This document shows, piece by piece, positions 62,191 to 64,000 of a stretch of 64,000 bases of DNA; the first letter of the stretch is position 1; each line of letters begins with the position of its first letter. The DNA is from an uncultured Thiothrix sp. (lineage in GTDB: Bacteria > Pseudomonadota > Gammaproteobacteria > Poriferisulfidales > GCA-002705445): assembly GCA_902559815.1 (NCBI GenBank), contig CACEJE010000005.1, positions 2,170-66,169 of the forward strand, given 5' to 3'. A program made the position numbers and the translations under genes. The notes beneath the pieces were generated by a model. It saw only the letters and a program-made list of their open reading frames with translations. It searched no databases and was not told the DNA's origin.

Positions 62191-64000
62191 TTATACTCCT
62201 TGCTTTACAGCGTTTTTAACCATTTCTTCACTCGCTTTTTCAATTTCTACTAAAACAGAATAAAAAGTAGGACTCATTCCAAAATCAGTTAACATTTCGC
62301 TATTTAAAACGTTAACATTTAATCCACCAGGTGTATTACTTCCTTTAAACTGCTTTTGAGTAGCGCAAACTCCATCTAACAAGCCATCAATAATAACTGC
62401 GTAGCAATAGGTTTCACCATTGTCATTATACAATCTTACCAAGTCTCCATCTGAAATATTCCTATCTTTTGCATCTTTCAAGCTTAGTTCCACAGTTGGT
62501 CTTGATTGCATTGCCTGCAATCTTGGAACTGATTGAAAAGAATCACCAATAAAATAATGTGAAGCACTACTTAAAACTTGTATTGGATATTTTGATCTTA
62601 ATGGATCTTCTTGGCCATGAACTTCCGGAACATATTCTGGAAAAGGACTTACGTCTGGGTATGCTTCTGATATAGCTTCGCATTTTATTTCAATTTTTTT
62701 GCTTGGTGTTTCCCAACCGTTATTTAAAAAATCTCTTCTTTTAGAACCCGTAGAAGCGCGCGCCCAACCATTTTTAACTAGATCATCATAATTTATCCCT
62801 TCGGTTAAACAGTTAAATCTTTCGCCGTCATCATTATTTGCTTCTATCAAAATATCCTTAATAATTTCTTCATCACTTTGAGTAAAGGCGTTGTCATTTG
62901 TATCAACATAATCCATTTTTTTTGCAAGCATTCTAAATAACTCGGTGTTATTTATGCTTTCTCCAAGCGGCTCTATAACAGGCTTTGCTACTCCCATAAA
63001 CCAAGAGCCATATGCCCAATGACAATCCATTCTTTCTAAAGCAGTATCTGCAGGCAGCACTATGTCTGCATACATACAAGAATCTGTCCAAAATGTTTCA
63101 TGAACTGCAACAAAAAGGTCCTCTCTCGACATACCTTTTCTTACGTTCCCGCTGTTTGGTGTGCAATTTGCTATATCACTATTATATACAAACAATGACT
63201 TAATTGGTGGATCCAGTTGCTCACCATCAACACCAATATTGTCAGCAAGTGCTCTACCAATCTGTACCATATTAACAACTCTTTTTTCTGCTCTGTTGCC
63301 CAAATCAGGTCTTTGAAGTTTTCCTAAGTCAAAACGTAACCACATTTCTTCAAGTTGCCCAAAAGCAGCACCACCACAATCTTCTCTCCAAGAACCATTA
63401 AAACAAGGCAATATTAAAACTGCTCTACACATTTGCCCAGAATTCTGATGTCTGTTTAAGCCATAATTAGCCCTAATGTAAGATTTCTTTGTATTTGCAT
63501 ACTCGATTGCTAATTTTTCTATCTCGCTTGCTTTAACCCCAGTGATTTTTTCAGCTTCCTCTAATGTATATTTTGGTAGGATTTTTTCTACAAATTCTTC
63601 CCAGCCGTGAGTTTGTTCATTAAGAAAATCTACATCGTGAAGATTATTATCAACTATAACCTTTATCATAGCATTTGCTAAAAAAGCATCTGTTCCAGGT
63701 TTAGGTTGAATATGCCAATCACACATCATAGTAGTTCTAGTTTTTCTTGGATCAACTACAACTAACTTCATTCCTCTATCTTGAGCTTCCCTAATAAACG
63801 GTATTGAATGCACGCCCGTACTGACTAAATTAGCTCCCCACAATATCATTAATTCGCATCCGTCTCTTGCCGCTTCACCAACGTGTGGCCCGTTAGCTAA
63901 ACCGTAAGTATATAAACCGGCCCACATAGCAGCATAAATACATATAGATTGCTCAAGTCTTGCAGCTTCCATTTTATTCCAAAATCTATTATCCATTGTC
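62191..64000 (-). CDS. Molybdopterin (bis-MGD) oxidoreductase catalytic subunit, MopB superfamily (3' portion; 5' end lies outside the window)
   Basis: MopB core motifs and the C-terminal MGD-binding barrel. The N-terminal Fe-S region lies beyond nt 64000, so the subfamily cannot be assigned. Confidence 0.7.
   Translation of the reverse strand, partial: TMDNRFWNKMEAARLEQSICIYAAMWAGLYTYGLANGPHVGEAARDGCELMILWGANLVSTGVHSIPFIREAQDRGMKLVVVDPRKTRTTMMCDWHIQPKPGTDAFLANAMIKVIVDNNLHDVDFLNEQTHGWEEFVEKILPKYTLEEAEKITGVKASEIEKLAIEYANTKKSYIRANYGLNRHQNSGQMCRAVLILPCFNGSWREDCGGAAFGQLEEMWLRFDLGKLQRPDLGNRAEKRVVNMVQIGRALADNIGVDGEQLDPPIKSLFVYNSDIANCTPNSGNVRKGMSREDLFVAVHETFWTDSCMYADIVLPADTALERMDCHWAYGSWFMGVAKPVIEPLGESINNTELFRMLAKKMDYVDTNDNAFTQSDEEIIKDILIEANNDDGERFNCLTEGINYDDLVKNGWARASTGSKRRDFLNNGWETPSKKIEIKCEAISEAYPDVSPFPEYVPEVHGQEDPLRSKYPIQVLSSASHYFIGDSFQSVPRLQAMQSRPTVELSLKDAKDRNISDGDLVRLYNDNGETYCYAVIIDGLLDGVCATQKQFKGSNTPGGLNVNVLNSEMLTDFGMSPTFYSVLVEIEKASEEMVKNAVKQGV

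Overview
This 64 kb window is very AT-rich (roughly 30% GC by eye) and densely coded. It reads as core chromosome of a streamlined, probably marine-oligotroph-type proteobacterium. Several markers point to gamma- or beta-proteobacterial affinity rather than alpha: prfB-lysS synteny, a class II LysRS, a one-piece tmRNA with the tag ANEDNYALAA, a BepA-like M48 protease and a cytosolic-type MDH. This placement is inference only. Housekeeping content, in window order: holA (5' partial), proA, prfB with its programmed +1 frameshift site, lysS, ygfZ, sdhCDAB-sdhE, cspA, metX, gltA, mobB and mobA, moeB, mdh, zapE, and gltX followed by tRNA-Glu. Further on come an ABC-2 exporter pair, dusA, a FAH-family gene, rhodanese, an L,D-transpeptidase, holB, purL, rmuC, tmRNA (ssrA), rimI, leuA, pssA, ilvC/ilvH/ilvI, tusA, a bepA-like protease, amtB, and the 3' part of a molybdopterin oxidoreductase with an FNR-like/2x[4Fe-4S] partner. 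The most notable accessory content is three loci. (1) A compact minus-strand module at 34.6-42.2 kb encodes tetrahydromethanopterin (H4MPT)-linked C1 metabolism: fae, mch, an mtdA/B-like dehydrogenase, an mptG-like beta-RFAP synthase, two ATP-grasp ligases and a CitG-like gene. Next to fae sits an unusual PTPS/QueD-like fusion protein. No fhc genes are present in the window. (2) A four-gene operon at 27.0-30.9 kb has the gene order of the Rhodobacter furan-fatty-acid (UfaD/UfaO/UfaM-like) pathway. (3) A very low-complexity segment directly downstream of tmRNA encodes two small hypothetical proteins and an 816-aa AddB-like PD-(D/E)XK/Fe-S nuclease with no Walker A motif. No CRISPR array, rRNA, transposase or integrase was seen.
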